The notes under the pieces were generated by a model. It made no database searches. It saw only the letters and a list, made by a program, of their open reading frames with translations, and was not told where the DNA came from. Of a stretch of DNA of 64,000 bases, positions 12,279 to 23,968 are shown in pieces. Origin of the DNA: Sulfurospirillaceae bacterium (GTDB lineage: Bacteria > Campylobacterota > Campylobacteria > Campylobacterales > Sulfurospirillaceae); the NCBI GenBank assembly GCA_033723415.1, contig JAWVXD010000010.1, positions 11,797 to 75,796 of the forward strand. The letters run 5' to 3'. Each line of letters starts with the position of its first letter. Positions within the stretch are counted from its first letter, which is position 1. A program made the position numbers and the translations under genes.

Positions 12279-13474
12279 TCTTCATCCTTACTATATAGCG
12301 GTTTTACACCAGGCAGTTCTTTTCCCTCTATAAGCTCTAAACTTGCTCCACCACCTGTTGATATAAATGTCATCTCATCGGCATCTCCGGCACGTGCAAC
12401 AACATCGGCAGTATCTCCTCCACCTATAACAGTAGTTGCATGGGCTTCAGCTATCGTATGTGACATCTTTATACTTCCTCTTGAGAATTTTTCTATCTCA
12501 AATACTCCCATAGGTCCATTCCAAAGAATTGTTTGTGCATCATTTAAAGCTTCTCTAAAAAGTCTTGAAGTTGCAGGTCCTATGTCTAAACCCATCCAGC
12601 CTTTAGGTATCTCTTGTGTTGTTACAAATTTTAGTGTTGATTCTTGTAAACATGCTTGAGCTGCTACTACATCCACAGGAAGGTACAATTTCACCCCTAG
12701 TCTTTTTGCTTCTGCCATGACAAGGTTTGCCTCATTGATCAGATCATTTTCAACTAAAGAGTTACCGACATCAATGTCTTGAGCTTTCAAAAATGTAAAA
12801 GCCATAGCACCGCCGATTAAGAGCTTGTCAATACGTGGCAAGAGATTTCGAAGTGCTTGAAGTTTTCCACTGACTTTACTTCCTCCCACAACAGCAGCAA
12901 AAGGACGTGCCGGAGCCGTTAAAAGATTTTTGGAAAATTCTATCTCTTTTTGCAATAAAAATCCCGCCGCACTATGATCAACATCAAAAAATCTAGTGAT
13001 AGCTTCGACTGAAGCGTGAGCACGGTGACAGACACCAAAAGCATCATTGATATAAAAGTCAGCCAATCCTGCTAGATTCTTAGCAAAAACTTCATCATTT
13101 TTTGTTTCACCCTTGTCAAATCTAAGATTTTCCAAAAGCAAAACTTCCCCGCATTTTAAATTTTTTACTTTTTCTAAAGCATCAGGACCGGTAATATCTT
13201 TAGCGAATTGTATCTCAGGAGTTAAAAGTCTGGAAAGTCTTTTTTTTACAGGCGAGAGTGAAAATTTCTCATCATAAACTCCACCCGGTCTTCCTAAGTG
13301 ACTTGCCAATATAACAGCACAATTATTATCTAAACAATACTTTATAGTTGGAATCGCAGATTTTATTCTTCTATCATCTGTAATATTTAAAAACTCATCT
13401 AAAGGTACATTGAAATCGCACCTGATAAAAACTTTCTTGCCTTCTATATCCAAATCTCTAACTGATCTTACCAT
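12275..13474 (-). CDS. pgk: phosphoglycerate kinase
   Basis: [43 protein letters not shown]. Confidence 0.98.
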
Positions 13475-13483
13475 CTAAAACCC

Positions 13484-14479
13484 TTATTTGCTTACATGTA
13501 AAGCCATGTCGATCAATCTTGATGAATAGCCCCATTCATTGTCATACCAAGACATAACTTTTACCATATTTCCACAAATCACTTGAGTAAGATCAGATGC
13601 TACAAAAGAGCTGTAAGTTGATGTCATAAAATCTCCCGATACTCTTTTTTCTACATCATAACCTAATATGCCTTTTAGTTCATTTTCTGACTTTTGTTTA
13701 AAAAGTGCGTTTATTTCATCTATACTGGTATCTTTTTTAACTATAACATTCAAATCTACCATCGAGACGTTTGGCACCGGAACTCTAACACTTTGTCCGT
13801 GAAGTCTTCCTTGAAGTTGAGGGAGCACCAAACCGATAGCTTTGGCTGCACCAGTAGTTGTCGGGATAATGTTCACAGCAGCGGCACGTGCGCGTCTTGG
13901 ATCTTTATGTTTTACATCAACCAAACTTTGCCCATTCGTATAAGCATGAACCGTTGTCATCAAACCTTTGTCGATTCCAAATGCATCATCCAAAATCTTT
14001 GCCACAGGACCTAAACAGTTTGTTGTACAGCTTGCATTTGATACGATTGCTTGTCCTGCATATTTATCTTCATTGACACCGATCACGAACGTCGGAGTAT
14101 TATCTTTTGCAGGAGCCGACATCACGACTTTTTTCACGCCGTTGTCAACAAAAGCCTGTGCACCAGGAGTTGTTAAAAATGCCCCTGTACACTCTAAGAC
14201 AACATCCACACCGTAATCTGAAAAATTTAACTCTTTTGGGTCTCTTGTTGAAAACATTTTTACTTTTGCCGAACCCATTTGCATATAATCATCTTCCAGT
14301 ATTTCAACATCTCCTGCAAACACTCCATGAACGCTGTCGTACTTTAACAAATGTTTTGTCATCTCTCTTGCAGCAGTATCATTCACGCAAACCAGCTCAA
14401 CATCATCTCTAGAATCGATTATCCTAGCGACACACCTTCCTATCCTTCCAAATCCATTGATGGCAATTTTTACCGACAT
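13484..14479 (-). CDS. gap: glyceraldehyde-3-phosphate dehydrogenase (type I)
   Basis: INGFGRIGR, SNASCTTNC, WYDNEWGY. Confidence 0.98.
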   Translation of the reverse strand: MSVKIAINGFGRIGRCVARIIDSRDDVELVCVNDTAAREMTKHLLKYDSVHGVFAGDVEILEDDYMQMGSAKVKMFSTRDPKELNFSDYGVDVVLECTGAFLTTPGAQAFVDNGVKKVVMSAPAKDNTPTFVIGVNEDKYAGQAIVSNASCTTNCLGPVAKILDDAFGIDKGLMTTVHAYTNGQSLVDVKHKDPRRARAAAVNIIPTTTGAAKAIGLVLPQLQGRLHGQSVRVPVPNVSMVDLNVIVKKDTSIDEINALFKQKSENELKGILGYDVEKRVSGDFMTSTYSSFVASDLTQVICGNMVKVMSWYDNEWGYSSRLIDMALHVSK

Positions 14480-14793
14480 CTCTATTCCTTTTGGTATAAT
14501 TGCGATATTTTATCCAAAATGAGATATATAAAAGTTTAAGAGCATTTGGTTTTGTTACCATTGCACATCAACGACGTCATCAATCTTCTTTTGTATCTAC
14601 ATTTTAATTTTATATGCCTGTACATCAAAAGATACTTCTATACTATATATTATTTATGTTACTAAATTTGATATTTGCACTACATTTCACGCTATCAATA
14701 AATTGCTTACAAGGGACAATTGAGTTGGATATATTTTTCTTTATTTATTATTAGATTTTTTAATTCTAATTACTATTGGATTATTATAACAAC

Positions 14794-14814
14794 TTTGGTT
14801 CCCTTTTGGTACCC
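14794..14814 (+). promoter_or_regulatory. 10-bp direct repeat, candidate response-regulator site upstream of the PAS-MCP pair
   Basis: tttggttccc/tttggtaccc with 11-bp period, about 21 bp upstream of TATAAT at 14836-14841. Confidence 0.4.
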
Positions 14815-14952
14815 AAAACAAGCATAATATGGAACTATAATGTCACCATAAATATAATAAAATGAGTCAACCGCGAAATTTTATCAATTATAATTTGAAA
14901 ACAAAAAATTTGACATTACAAAATAAGCGGCACAAAGAAAGGAGACCTTTTC

Positions 14953-15462
14953 ATGCAAAGGCCAACACCGACACAAGTCGAAAAAACATTAAAAGACGAC
15001 GAATTTATAGTATCCAAAACGGATTTAAAGGGCAAAATCATTTATGGAAATAAAATTTTCATAAAAATTTCAGGGTACAATGAATTAGAACTTATAAACC
15101 AACCTCATTCTATACTTAGACATCCAGATATGCCACGTGTTATATTTAAACTCTTATGGGAGAGGGTCCAAAATAAACAAGAGATTTTTGCCTATGTAAA
15201 AAATCTTTGTAAAGATGGTGCATTCTACTGGGTATTTGCCAATGTAACGGCTACTATTGGCGAAAACGGAAGTATTCGTGATTTTCATTCAGTAAGGCGA
15301 AAACCAAGCAAGACAGCTATGGAGATCATACCTGAGTTGTATACCAGACTTTTGTCTGCAGAACATTTAGAAGGAATTGACGCTTCAAAAAAATTACTTG
15401 ATAAAATACTTAATGAAAAAGGAATTGACTATGACAGGTTTATACTCAGCCTTCAGCAATAA
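14953..15462 (+). CDS. stand-alone Aer-type PAS protein (CetB-like)
   Basis: [46 protein letters not shown]. Confidence 0.9.
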   Translation: MQRPTPTQVEKTLKDDEFIVSKTDLKGKIIYGNKIFIKISGYNELELINQPHSILRHPDMPRVIFKLLWERVQNKQEIFAYVKNLCKDGAFYWVFANVTATIGENGSIRDFHSVRRKPSKTAMEIIPELYTRLLSAEHLEGIDASKKLLDKILNEKGIDYDRFILSLQQ

Positions 15463-16873
15463 ACAAACATTACTTTATCTTTTGCTCACTTTGATAAGTG
15501 CGATATTGCTGATAATATTTGGTTCCTATTTTCTAGGATTAGCTCTGTTATTGGTCGCAATAGGAGGATTTTTTATACCTAAAAAAGGAGCTTGTGAAGA
15601 AATTTTTAATGATGAACTTATCAAACAAATTCGCAATGTGCTTATCAAAGCAGGAGAAGGAAATCTCTCAACTAGGATCACAAATATAGATGAAAAACAT
15701 GTGATGCAAGGCGTGGCTTGGGGGATCAATGATATGCTTGATCAAACCGAACAGATGATGCGAGACATCACTGCATCCATAGCTGAAGCAAATCAAGGTA
15801 ACGATTTGAGAATTGTTTTTCAAGAGGGATATAAAGGTGATTTTAAGGCTTCAACTCCAAATTTCAATAAAGCTTTGAAAAATATAAGTATCTCATATAA
15901 AGAACAGCTAAGATCGAAACTTACACAAGAGTTTGAAAAATGTAGCGGAGGTATATCTAAAGCTTTACAAGTCATACAAAACGATATAGCAAAAAATACC
16001 AATAATGCAGGACTTATACATACATCCTCAAATGAAGTAGCCAAAAAAGTGATGTTAACCAATGAAAGTGTTACGTCTATCGTAAACAACATAGAGTCAT
16101 TGTTGGAATTGATAAGTAACTCTAATGATGCTATAACCTCCTTAAATCAAAAGACAAACGAGATTAGTAATATCGCAAATCTCATCAAGGATATTGCAGA
16201 TCAAACAAATCTTCTTGCACTCAACGCTGCCATAGAAGCAGCACGTGCCGGGGAACATGGAAGAGGATTTGCCGTTGTTGCGGATGAAGTAAGAAAATTA
16301 GCTGAGAGAACAGGGAAAGCCACTCAAGAGATATCAATCACACTTCAAACACTCCAACAAGAAGCCAACCAAATACTCTCAGGATCTGAAGATATGAATT
16401 TACTTGCATCTAATTCTCAAAAAGATATCAGCAAATTTGAAAGCACTATAGAAGATTTCTCTAATACTATATCAAGCACTACATCATTATCAAAATCTAT
16501 AAGTAGCTCCCTTTTTGCGACACTTGCCAAAGTCGATCACATAATATATAAACATAATACTTACTCTGTAATATTTAATGAGACTATACAAAACACAGCG
16601 TCATTCACGGATCATTTTCATTGTAGGATGGGGAAATGGTATTATGAAGGAGAGGGAAAACAACTTTTCAGCCACACAGAAGCATACAAAAAGATGGGAA
16701 TACCACACAAAAACGTACATGATCTTGTATTGGATGTGATAAATTGTGCTAAGACAGGTGATTGTATATCTGCAAAAAACTTTGATAGAATTGTTATGAC
16801 TATGACTGCCGTAGAAGAAAATAGCAAAGTGCTTTTTGAGCTTTTAGATGATATGGTAGAACAAAGTAGCTAA
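15431..16873 (+). CDS. membrane-anchored methyl-accepting chemotaxis protein (CetA-like) with C-terminal CZB zinc domain
   Basis: N-terminal TM hairpin, [56 protein letters not shown]. Confidence 0.9.
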   Translation: MTGLYSAFSNKQTLLYLLLTLISAILLIIFGSYFLGLALLLVAIGGFFIPKKGACEEIFNDELIKQIRNVLIKAGEGNLSTRITNIDEKHVMQGVAWGINDMLDQTEQMMRDITASIAEANQGNDLRIVFQEGYKGDFKASTPNFNKALKNISISYKEQLRSKLTQEFEKCSGGISKALQVIQNDIAKNTNNAGLIHTSSNEVAKKVMLTNESVTSIVNNIESLLELISNSNDAITSLNQKTNEISNIANLIKDIADQTNLLALNAAIEAARAGEHGRGFAVVADEVRKLAERTGKATQEISITLQTLQQEANQILSGSEDMNLLASNSQKDISKFESTIEDFSNTISSTTSLSKSISSSLFATLAKVDHIIYKHNTYSVIFNETIQNTASFTDHFHCRMGKWYYEGEGKQLFSHTEAYKKMGIPHKNVHDLVLDVINCAKTGDCISAKNFDRIVMTMTAVEENSKVLFELLDDMVEQSS

Positions 16874-17060
16874 CTATAATTTATTGGTTGGATAAATTTT
16901 ACCTCATTGATGTTTTAAAATTTGTCCGACCGACTTTTTTTGTGATATAATCGTATTATTGGCTTATAAATTAAAAAGGACATAAGGTTTTTAGTCAAAA
17001 TAAAATTCCTTTGATTTTGACTAGGTGTGTTTTGTAGATATATTCTCAAAAGGGCAACAC

Positions 17061-18920
17061 ATGGAAAAGAAGAATTTTAAATCACTTTTCTTGTTATATT
17101 TTATCGTATTTGGAATTATAATCACTCTACTAAATTCTTTCATAAGTCACCGAATTAGTATCTTTGAAATCAACAAATATATAAAAAGATATGCAAAAGC
17201 AGAGTCAATAAATATAACCAAATATATTCTCAAACACTATATGGACAATATGGACAATATAGTATCATCCCTAGCACGCAATAAAATATTAGAATATTAT
17301 ATCAATACAGGTGATCCTACAAAAAAAGCAGTGCTTCAAAATTTATTTTTAACGCTTACAGAATCAAACGAATTAATTATGCAATTAAGACTAATAGATG
17401 CAACCGGACATGAAATAATAAGAGTCAATCGTGATTTTGGAGAGAAATACCCTTATCTAGTAAAAGATTCTAAACTTCAAGATAAAAGTTCACGCTATTA
17501 TTTTAAAATTGTAAGCAAAATGAAAAATCAAACACTTTGGCACTCCAAACTAGATCTAAATATTGAAAATCATAAGATCGAAATCCCTTACAGACCTACT
17601 ATCAGGATAGCACTACCTCTTTTTAAAAATAGAAAGTTTGTAGGTTTGCTTATATGTAATACTCTGACAAATAAACTATTTAAGAGTATTCAAACATCAT
17701 CAACATTTGATATTTTCATAGTTGATAAAGATGGATACTATATCATAAATAAAAACAGTCGATACTCTTGGAACAGATACACGAAAATCAAACGTGACCT
17801 TAGTGAAGATTTTCCACAAAATGCTGATCAAATTCTAAAGAACGGTATTGAAAGTAAAAATTTATATATTTATCCATTGAATCATATTTTTAACAATGAA
17901 GATAATGCAAATTTGATATTGAAACCAAAACAGAGTGTGCTTGAGTCTTTAGAAGCAGGAAGTATGATCTCATCTATCATCATTGCGATTTTTGGTTTTC
18001 TTCTGAGTATCCCTTTAGCGATTTTTATCTCCCGTACACCAACAAAACTTCAACAAATGCTACAAGACAAAAACACAGAACTTAGACGTTTTGCAAATAT
18101 TATAGATGAATACGTCATAACTGCCACAATGAAAACAACGGGTGTGATAACAAGTGTCAGTAAAGCCTTTACCTCAATAAGCCATTTTTCTAAAGAGGAA
18201 CTGATTGACAAGAATATACAAGCTTTATTTCATGAAGATAATCCTAAAAATTTGTATCAAGATATACAACACGAACTCTCAAACAATCGTCAATACAAAA
18301 AAGAGATTTTAAATATAGACAAATACGGTAAACCTTTTTGGCTGGATCAAAATTTTATTCCAATCAAAGATGAAAACGGCAACCTGACTTCTTTCATAAC
18401 CATAGGTATCGACAATAATGCAAAAAAAGAACTGGAAAAACTGGCACTAGTAGATAAACTTACAAATCTTTATAACAGAAGAAAGATCGATGAATATCTT
18501 CAATTTGAAATCGAAAAAGCAAAAAGACATAACAAACCATTGTCTATAATCATAATAGACATTGATTACTTTAAAAAAGTGAACGATACTTTTGGTCATC
18601 AAATAGGAGATGAAGTTCTTAAAAAAGTAGCTCAAATCATGATAGAGAGCACAAGGACATCTGATCTGTGTGGGAGGTTCGGTGGCGAAGAGTTTATCAT
18701 TATTTGCACAGAAACAGACGAACAAGGTGCTTTAGCACTAGCAGAAAAGATCAGAATAGAGATTGAAAATCATAAATTTGACAAGGTAGAGCATCTAACC
18801 GCAAGTTTTGGTATTTCAACTTTTAAAACAGATGATAATATGGAGACATTACTAAATAGAAGCGACAAAGCTTTGTACATGGCAAAAGAAAAAGGAAGAA
18901 ATCAGTCTATTCTTTTATAG
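17061..18920 (+). CDS. diguanylate cyclase (TM-Cache-TM-PAS-GGDEF)
   Basis: DKLTNLYNRR, DIDYFKKVNDTFGH, RxxD I-site (RTSD) before RFGGEEF. Confidence 0.93.
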   Translation: MEKKNFKSLFLLYFIVFGIIITLLNSFISHRISIFEINKYIKRYAKAESINITKYILKHYMDNMDNIVSSLARNKILEYYINTGDPTKKAVLQNLFLTLTESNELIMQLRLIDATGHEIIRVNRDFGEKYPYLVKDSKLQDKSSRYYFKIVSKMKNQTLWHSKLDLNIENHKIEIPYRPTIRIALPLFKNRKFVGLLICNTLTNKLFKSIQTSSTFDIFIVDKDGYYIINKNSRYSWNRYTKIKRDLSEDFPQNADQILKNGIESKNLYIYPLNHIFNNEDNANLILKPKQSVLESLEAGSMISSIIIAIFGFLLSIPLAIFISRTPTKLQQMLQDKNTELRRFANIIDEYVITATMKTTGVITSVSKAFTSISHFSKEELIDKNIQALFHEDNPKNLYQDIQHELSNNRQYKKEILNIDKYGKPFWLDQNFIPIKDENGNLTSFITIGIDNNAKKELEKLALVDKLTNLYNRRKIDEYLQFEIEKAKRHNKPLSIIIIDIDYFKKVNDTFGHQIGDEVLKKVAQIMIESTRTSDLCGRFGGEEFIIICTETDEQGALALAEKIRIEIENHKFDKVEHLTASFGISTFKTDDNMETLLNRSDKALYMAKEKGRNQSILL

Positions 18921-20016
18921 ATTCATCAGTTTTTTTTATCTTTGAAGCTTTCTTTGGCGTTGGCGTTTTTATCTCAGTATCGGATGCACTCTCACTATCC
19001 TTTATAGCTTTAAGACGCGCACGCTTAGTCTCGATTTTCTGTTTTATCTTATCCTTGTCTTCATCTTGTGTTTCCTTGAGGGTTGTCTCTAAATTTTTTA
19101 TCTCATTTATTAATTTTTCTTCTTTTAGTTCTGCCTGTTCAGCTTGTTCAGCTTTATCAAATACGATCTCTTCTGCTTCAACAGATTCTTTTTCGGAAAC
19201 TTTTTTAGTAAAGGTTGGGATAATTTTCTCATTTTCGCCGATTCTTCTCTGATTCATAAAAGTAGGTGATACGATTTCAATCCCTGCCGTATGCAATGTA
19301 TCTAAAACTGATTTATATAGATTAGAACGTGCGGTGATGAGTCCTTTAACTTCTTCAAGTAAGCCTGAAACTCTATACGTTACGGAAAAATTACCAAGCT
19401 CCAGAATATGAACAAAAGCATGTTCGAGACCACTTCGTTCTGCCGCTTTTATAAGTAGAGACTCTATCTCTGAGTGATGTATATCATATCCTAAAGAAAG
19501 AGATGCTGACACGATTGCTCCTGAACCAGGAGTCGCAGAGATAGGATTTTTAATTAAATATGCATTTGGTATGGCTATGAGCTCTCTGGTTTCAGATTGT
19601 ATTTCTATATCAAATAAACCTCTCTGAGAAACACGGCCAAAAAAGTCACCGACTCTTATAAAATCACCTGTTCGGAAAGGTTTCATTATTCTAAGTAACA
19701 ATCCTGCCATCAAATTTCCGATAATATTTGTTGAGGAAAGTGCAATGATTCCTGAAAGAACGATTCCGATAAGACGCATGATATCGCTACGGGCTTCTTC
19801 GCTTATAGGCAAGGTCATGACAATTGCCAGTATACCTACTACAGTCAAGACCATCAGTAGTATTTGAATCGGAAATTTACGCTCATTGCCGACTTCAGGA
19901 TATCTCCCGATAAGAAACCAATAACAAGCCCAAAGGATAGCAACTGAGACTACTAAGATACCTAATGGAAGAAGGAACGGTATGATAGGATTTAAAATAT
20001 TGTGTAAAATTTCCAT
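18907..20016 (-). CDS. MscS-family mechanosensitive channel with charged C-terminal tail
   Basis: 3 TM, NLMAGLLL, KPFRTGDFIRVG, IPNAYL. Confidence 0.88.
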   Translation of the reverse strand: MEILHNILNPIIPFLLPLGILVVSVAILWACYWFLIGRYPEVGNERKFPIQILLMVLTVVGILAIVMTLPISEEARSDIMRLIGIVLSGIIALSSTNIIGNLMAGLLLRIMKPFRTGDFIRVGDFFGRVSQRGLFDIEIQSETRELIAIPNAYLIKNPISATPGSGAIVSASLSLGYDIHHSEIESLLIKAAERSGLEHAFVHILELGNFSVTYRVSGLLEEVKGLITARSNLYKSVLDTLHTAGIEIVSPTFMNQRRIGENEKIIPTFTKKVSEKESVEAEEIVFDKAEQAEQAELKEEKLINEIKNLETTLKETQDEDKDKIKQKIETKRARLKAIKDSESASDTEIKTPTPKKASKIKKTDESIKE

Positions 20017-20104
20017 AATACTACATCCTTTATATCAGCCTTAGCTAAATTAAGCTAGGAGCATTTGGTAAATTTTAACTTTCTATAACTTAAAAATATA
20101 TATT

Positions 20105-20572
20105 TTAGCGTGACCTTTTATCGGTATTTTTAGCAAAATAATCAATCAGCAGACTTTCCCATTCGCTTATAAACGATTTATACTGCTTTGAGGTAAAGTT
20201 ATCTATGAACTCATCACCTTTTTCACTTAAACCTTTGTATTTATAAATAACTTCTACTTTTGTAAGATCATCACTTAGTGGAATACATCTAACAGTGATA
20301 ACACCTACTTTATCTTCAGGTTCAACTTTATAAAACTGAATAAAAAATGTCTCAGGTTCATAGCGTTTTACCAGCCAGATGGCTTTTGTCGAACCATGAT
20401 CATGTGTATTTGTTAAAAATATATAATCCTCATAAGGACCGTTTGTGCCTGTTACATTTTCATAATCCCATCCTGGAACCCATAACTTTTCTCCTTCTGC
20501 ACTAAATAAAGGAAATAATACTTCTGCAGGTTGTTGTATTTCAAAACTAGATAAATATTTAACGGTTGACAT
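20105..20572 (-). CDS. SRPBCC/START-like hypothetical protein
   Basis: AEVLFPLF..EKLWVPGW pattern; C-terminal helix. Confidence 0.55.
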   Translation of the reverse strand: MSTVKYLSSFEIQQPAEVLFPLFSAEGEKLWVPGWDYENVTGTNGPYEDYIFLTNTHDHGSTKAIWLVKRYEPETFFIQFYKVEPEDKVGVITVRCIPLSDDLTKVEVIYKYKGLSEKGDEFIDNFTSKQYKSFISEWESLLIDYFAKNTDKRSR

Positions 20573-20642
20573 TTATTCTCCAAATTTTATGATGCAAGTC
20601 TGTGTATTTGAGTTTATCAATAAATTGAGAGTAGTGATATAA

Positions 20643-21185
20643 TCAGCCGATTATATCACTTGTAGTTTGAACAGAGCAAAAAACGCTTCCTAGTGCACTC
20701 ATAAAACCTTCATGCACATCTTGCGCTTTGATCACTCTTCCTTCAAATTGCAAATCTCTTGTAGCACAAGCATCGTGTGCCAAGACTATTTTATATCCAA
20801 GATCGAATCCTGCTCTAACTGTTGTGTCGATACACATATGAGTCATAGCCCCGCATACGATAAGTTCGTCAATATTTTCTTTTTCTAATTCACTTTGCAA
20901 TGTTGTATCTCTAAAACTATTTGGATAATTCTTTTTAATGATCATATCACCTTGAATATCCAAACCTTGATTTAATTCAACACCTTTTGTATTTGGCACA
21001 AAAAATGTCGAACCCTGACTAAGCGAAAAATGCTGTACAAAGTATATCTTATACTCTTTTTCTCTTGCAAACTTGATCAGTCTGTTTGTTTGCTGCATCG
21101 CTTCTTCAGTACCTACGAGTTCCATATTGCCGCCACAAAAATAATCATTTTGTAAATCTATAATAACTAGTGCTTTTTTCATCAT
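20643..21185 (-). CDS. isochorismatase-family cysteine hydrolase
   Basis: ALVIIDLQNDY, KNYPNSF, GAMTHMCIDTT, DACAT. Confidence 0.92.
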   Translation of the reverse strand: MMKKALVIIDLQNDYFCGGNMELVGTEEAMQQTNRLIKFAREKEYKIYFVQHFSLSQGSTFFVPNTKGVELNQGLDIQGDMIIKKNYPNSFRDTTLQSELEKENIDELIVCGAMTHMCIDTTVRAGFDLGYKIVLAHDACATRDLQFEGRVIKAQDVHEGFMSALGSVFCSVQTTSDIIG

Positions 21186-21229
21186 AATACTCTTTTTTTA
21201 TTTTTAAGTGCAATTATATCGTGATTTAT

Positions 21230-21589
21230 TTAAAGTATCTTTTTGACTTTTCTTTCCAATTCATGTAAATTCACCGGTTTTAAGAGAAAATCTTCTGCAT
21301 CATATTTATGACTTTTTAGTACACGATCCAAAGATGCTTCAGCTGTAATCATAATAACTTGAAGTTCCGGCTTTATCTCTTTGATTTTTTTCAATAATGC
21401 AATACCGTCAAGTTTAGGCATAGTAATATCAGAGACTACAAGATCTACACGATTTGCCTGTAGATAGGACAATCCTCTCTCAGGATCACTAAAAGTTTTT
21501 GTGTCAACGGCATCAAATCTTTTAAAAAATCTTTCCAATAAAGTAGCCATCTCTTCATGGTCATCAATAATTACAACTGATTTCATCAT
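21230..21589 (-). CDS. single-domain response regulator (receiver only)
   Basis: [20 protein letters not shown]. Confidence 0.92.
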   Translation of the reverse strand: MMKSVVIIDDHEEMATLLERFFKRFDAVDTKTFSDPERGLSYLQANRVDLVVSDITMPKLDGIALLKKIKEIKPELQVIMITAEASLDRVLKSHKYDAEDFLLKPVNLHELERKVKKIL

Positions 21590-22911
21590 TTATCCTTTTT
21601 TTCGAATAGTTCTATCCTAGCATCATTCATCATGATCTTTGATTTTTGTTCTACCATAGAATCCAATATCTGAAATACGCTTTCACTCGCATGCTCTAGC
21701 TCTTGCACTAATTTCTCCACTTTCTCTTTGGCACACATCGCATCTCTCTTTGCACACTCGGCAACAAGTACATTTGCGATTTCATGGACAGTTGCGTGTG
21801 GACTGCTTAATTCTTTATATGCCGGTACAATTCTAAACTCTTCATAACCCACTCCTCTTTCATACCAATTGCCCAGTCTACATTCAGTGTGTGAAGTCGC
21901 TTTAAAATCACTTTCTTCGCCAAACAACATAGCATATACCTTGTTTTTATATATAACGTGGTCAATTTTCGCCAATGTACTAAAAATAGTATCACTTAAA
22001 TAAGCTATCTCGTAACGATTTCTACTGGAATTTTTTTGGAATGTTGACATTTTTATTCCAAGATTATCAACATAATCTTTTGTTTCTTCCACCATCTTGT
22101 TTAGAGACAAGGTACTGTCTTTCATCTCAACGCTCTCTTGAGAAATAGCTCTTATGACAATCTCGATCTCTTTTGTAGCCTTTTGCGTCTTTTCTGCAAG
22201 TTTTCTTACTTCATCCGCAACGACTGCGAATCCTCTTCCGTGTTCACCTGCGCGTGCTGCTTCTATGGCAGCATTGAGTGCAAGAAGATTTGTTTGATCT
22301 GCTATATCTTGGATAAGAGTGATGATTTCTACAATCTCGGTACTTCGTTGATGTAAATTTTGCGTTTTATCGACAGCTTCATTCATGCTTTCGGAGAGAT
22401 AGTTCATATTGTCTCTTGTTTTATTTGCAAAATTTAACCCTTCTGTAGCTTCTTGTGACGTAGATACTGATTCACTGTTTACACTTTTCAAGTCTTCTAA
22501 AATATGTACAAATGTATCTTGCGTATCATGAAGTGCTTTTTTAATAGAATTTTGATGGATAGAGAGGATATTACTTTGTGAACCGTCTCTAACATCTTTC
22601 TTGATGATTATATAAGCAGTGTCTCCGTTAGATAACTTACGCTCCACCACTTCGCCGCTGCAATCATTAAGATTTATACTGTTTTGATGCTTTTTTAGTT
22701 CTTGAATAAGATCATTTTCATTTTGTACTTTACTCTCAGCCAACTCATTTTTAAATGTTATTTGAGAATTTTTGTCTATGACAACCGTAAATTCATTATG
22801 TGATAATGATGCCAACTCTTTATAATAAAGAACTTCTTTTTTAAGATCTTCGATCTCATCTTTGAGCACAGCCGTAGTGGTTTCTTTTTCATTCTGTTTT
22901 GAGAAAAACAT
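21586..22911 (-). CDS. soluble chemoreceptor with CZB domain (TlpD-like)
   Basis: no TM; MCP hairpin signature; [23 protein letters not shown]. Confidence 0.9.
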   Translation of the reverse strand: MFFSKQNEKETTTAVLKDEIEDLKKEVLYYKELASLSHNEFTVVIDKNSQITFKNELAESKVQNENDLIQELKKHQNSINLNDCSGEVVERKLSNGDTAYIIIKKDVRDGSQSNILSIHQNSIKKALHDTQDTFVHILEDLKSVNSESVSTSQEATEGLNFANKTRDNMNYLSESMNEAVDKTQNLHQRSTEIVEIITLIQDIADQTNLLALNAAIEAARAGEHGRGFAVVADEVRKLAEKTQKATKEIEIVIRAISQESVEMKDSTLSLNKMVEETKDYVDNLGIKMSTFQKNSSRNRYEIAYLSDTIFSTLAKIDHVIYKNKVYAMLFGEESDFKATSHTECRLGNWYERGVGYEEFRIVPAYKELSSPHATVHEIANVLVAECAKRDAMCAKEKVEKLVQELEHASESVFQILDSMVEQKSKIMMNDARIELFEKKDK

Positions 22912-22912
22912 A

Positions 22913-23803
22913 CTATTCCTTGTAAAATTTGATTGTGAATTCTGCCCCGTTATCTTTATTTTGGGCGCTTATGTGACCATTATATTTTTCTATGATCAAT
23001 TGACTCATATAAAGACCTATACCTGAGTTTTCATCAACTTGTTTTGTAGAGATATACGGCTTAAATATATCTTGTATGATATGTTCATCTATCCCTCCGG
23101 CATTATCTTGTACGATCAATGCAAGATATAAAGGTTTGTCTTCTATAGAAATATGAATATAACGCTCTTGTATCTTTTTCTTGTTGAAAGCATCTTTTGC
23201 ATTATTTATCAAGTTAATCAGCACATGTTTTATCTCATTGATAGAGCCGTGAGTTTGACTATCTTTTCCCTGCGTAAATTTTATATCAATATGCTGTTTA
23301 AGCATCTCGTCATGTAATAATGTTAAAGTTTCTTTTATCATAGTATTTAAGCTAAAAAGCTCTCTCGTTTCAACCGGGTTAAAAAAAGTTCTAAATTTTT
23401 TGAGAGTCTCTTTTAAATGTTTTGTTTGAAGGTTTATTGAATTAACCGTTGCTTCTATATACTTTTTATCTATAAGATTGTTCTTAAAATCTTCAGTCAT
23501 GAGATTGACATTCATATCTATAATAGAGAGTGGTTGCGCCCACTGGTGGGCAACTGCATCCATCATCTCACCCATAGCGGCAAGTCTTGTTTGCCTTGCG
23601 AGTAACTCTTCTTGTACTTTCTGTTTTTGTATCTCTTTTTCAATTCTTTCTTCAAGAAGGTTATTGTAGCAAGTCAGCGAAGCATAAGAAGCTTTAAGTT
23701 CTTTGTACGCTTTATGAATATCTTCGTTTTGAATTTTTTCTTCAAAACGAAGATAGTGCTTTTGAAACAGCTTAAAAAGCTTCGTCTGCCTTGATCTTTC
23801 CAT
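22913..23803 (-). CDS. cytoplasmic histidine kinase without an obvious sensor domain
   Basis: [19 protein letters not shown]-box, [25 protein letters not shown]. Confidence 0.92.
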   Translation of the reverse strand: MERSRQTKLFKLFQKHYLRFEEKIQNEDIHKAYKELKASYASLTCYNNLLEERIEKEIQKQKVQEELLARQTRLAAMGEMMDAVAHQWAQPLSIIDMNVNLMTEDFKNNLIDKKYIEATVNSINLQTKHLKETLKKFRTFFNPVETRELFSLNTMIKETLTLLHDEMLKQHIDIKFTQGKDSQTHGSINEIKHVLINLINNAKDAFNKKKIQERYIHISIEDKPLYLALIVQDNAGGIDEHIIQDIFKPYISTKQVDENSGIGLYMSQLIIEKYNGHISAQNKDNGAEFTIKFYKE

Positions 23804-23968
23804 CTAACATATCCTTCAAACTATAAACATCATAACTTTTACGAAACAATATTATATTTAAAATAGATAAATAAATGATTACAAAGTTGTGAATTTTTTA
23901 TACATACCTAAAATATATATAAAAAATTTTGATTTTGTTGAAAATTGAAACAAATTAACAAAGTTATT

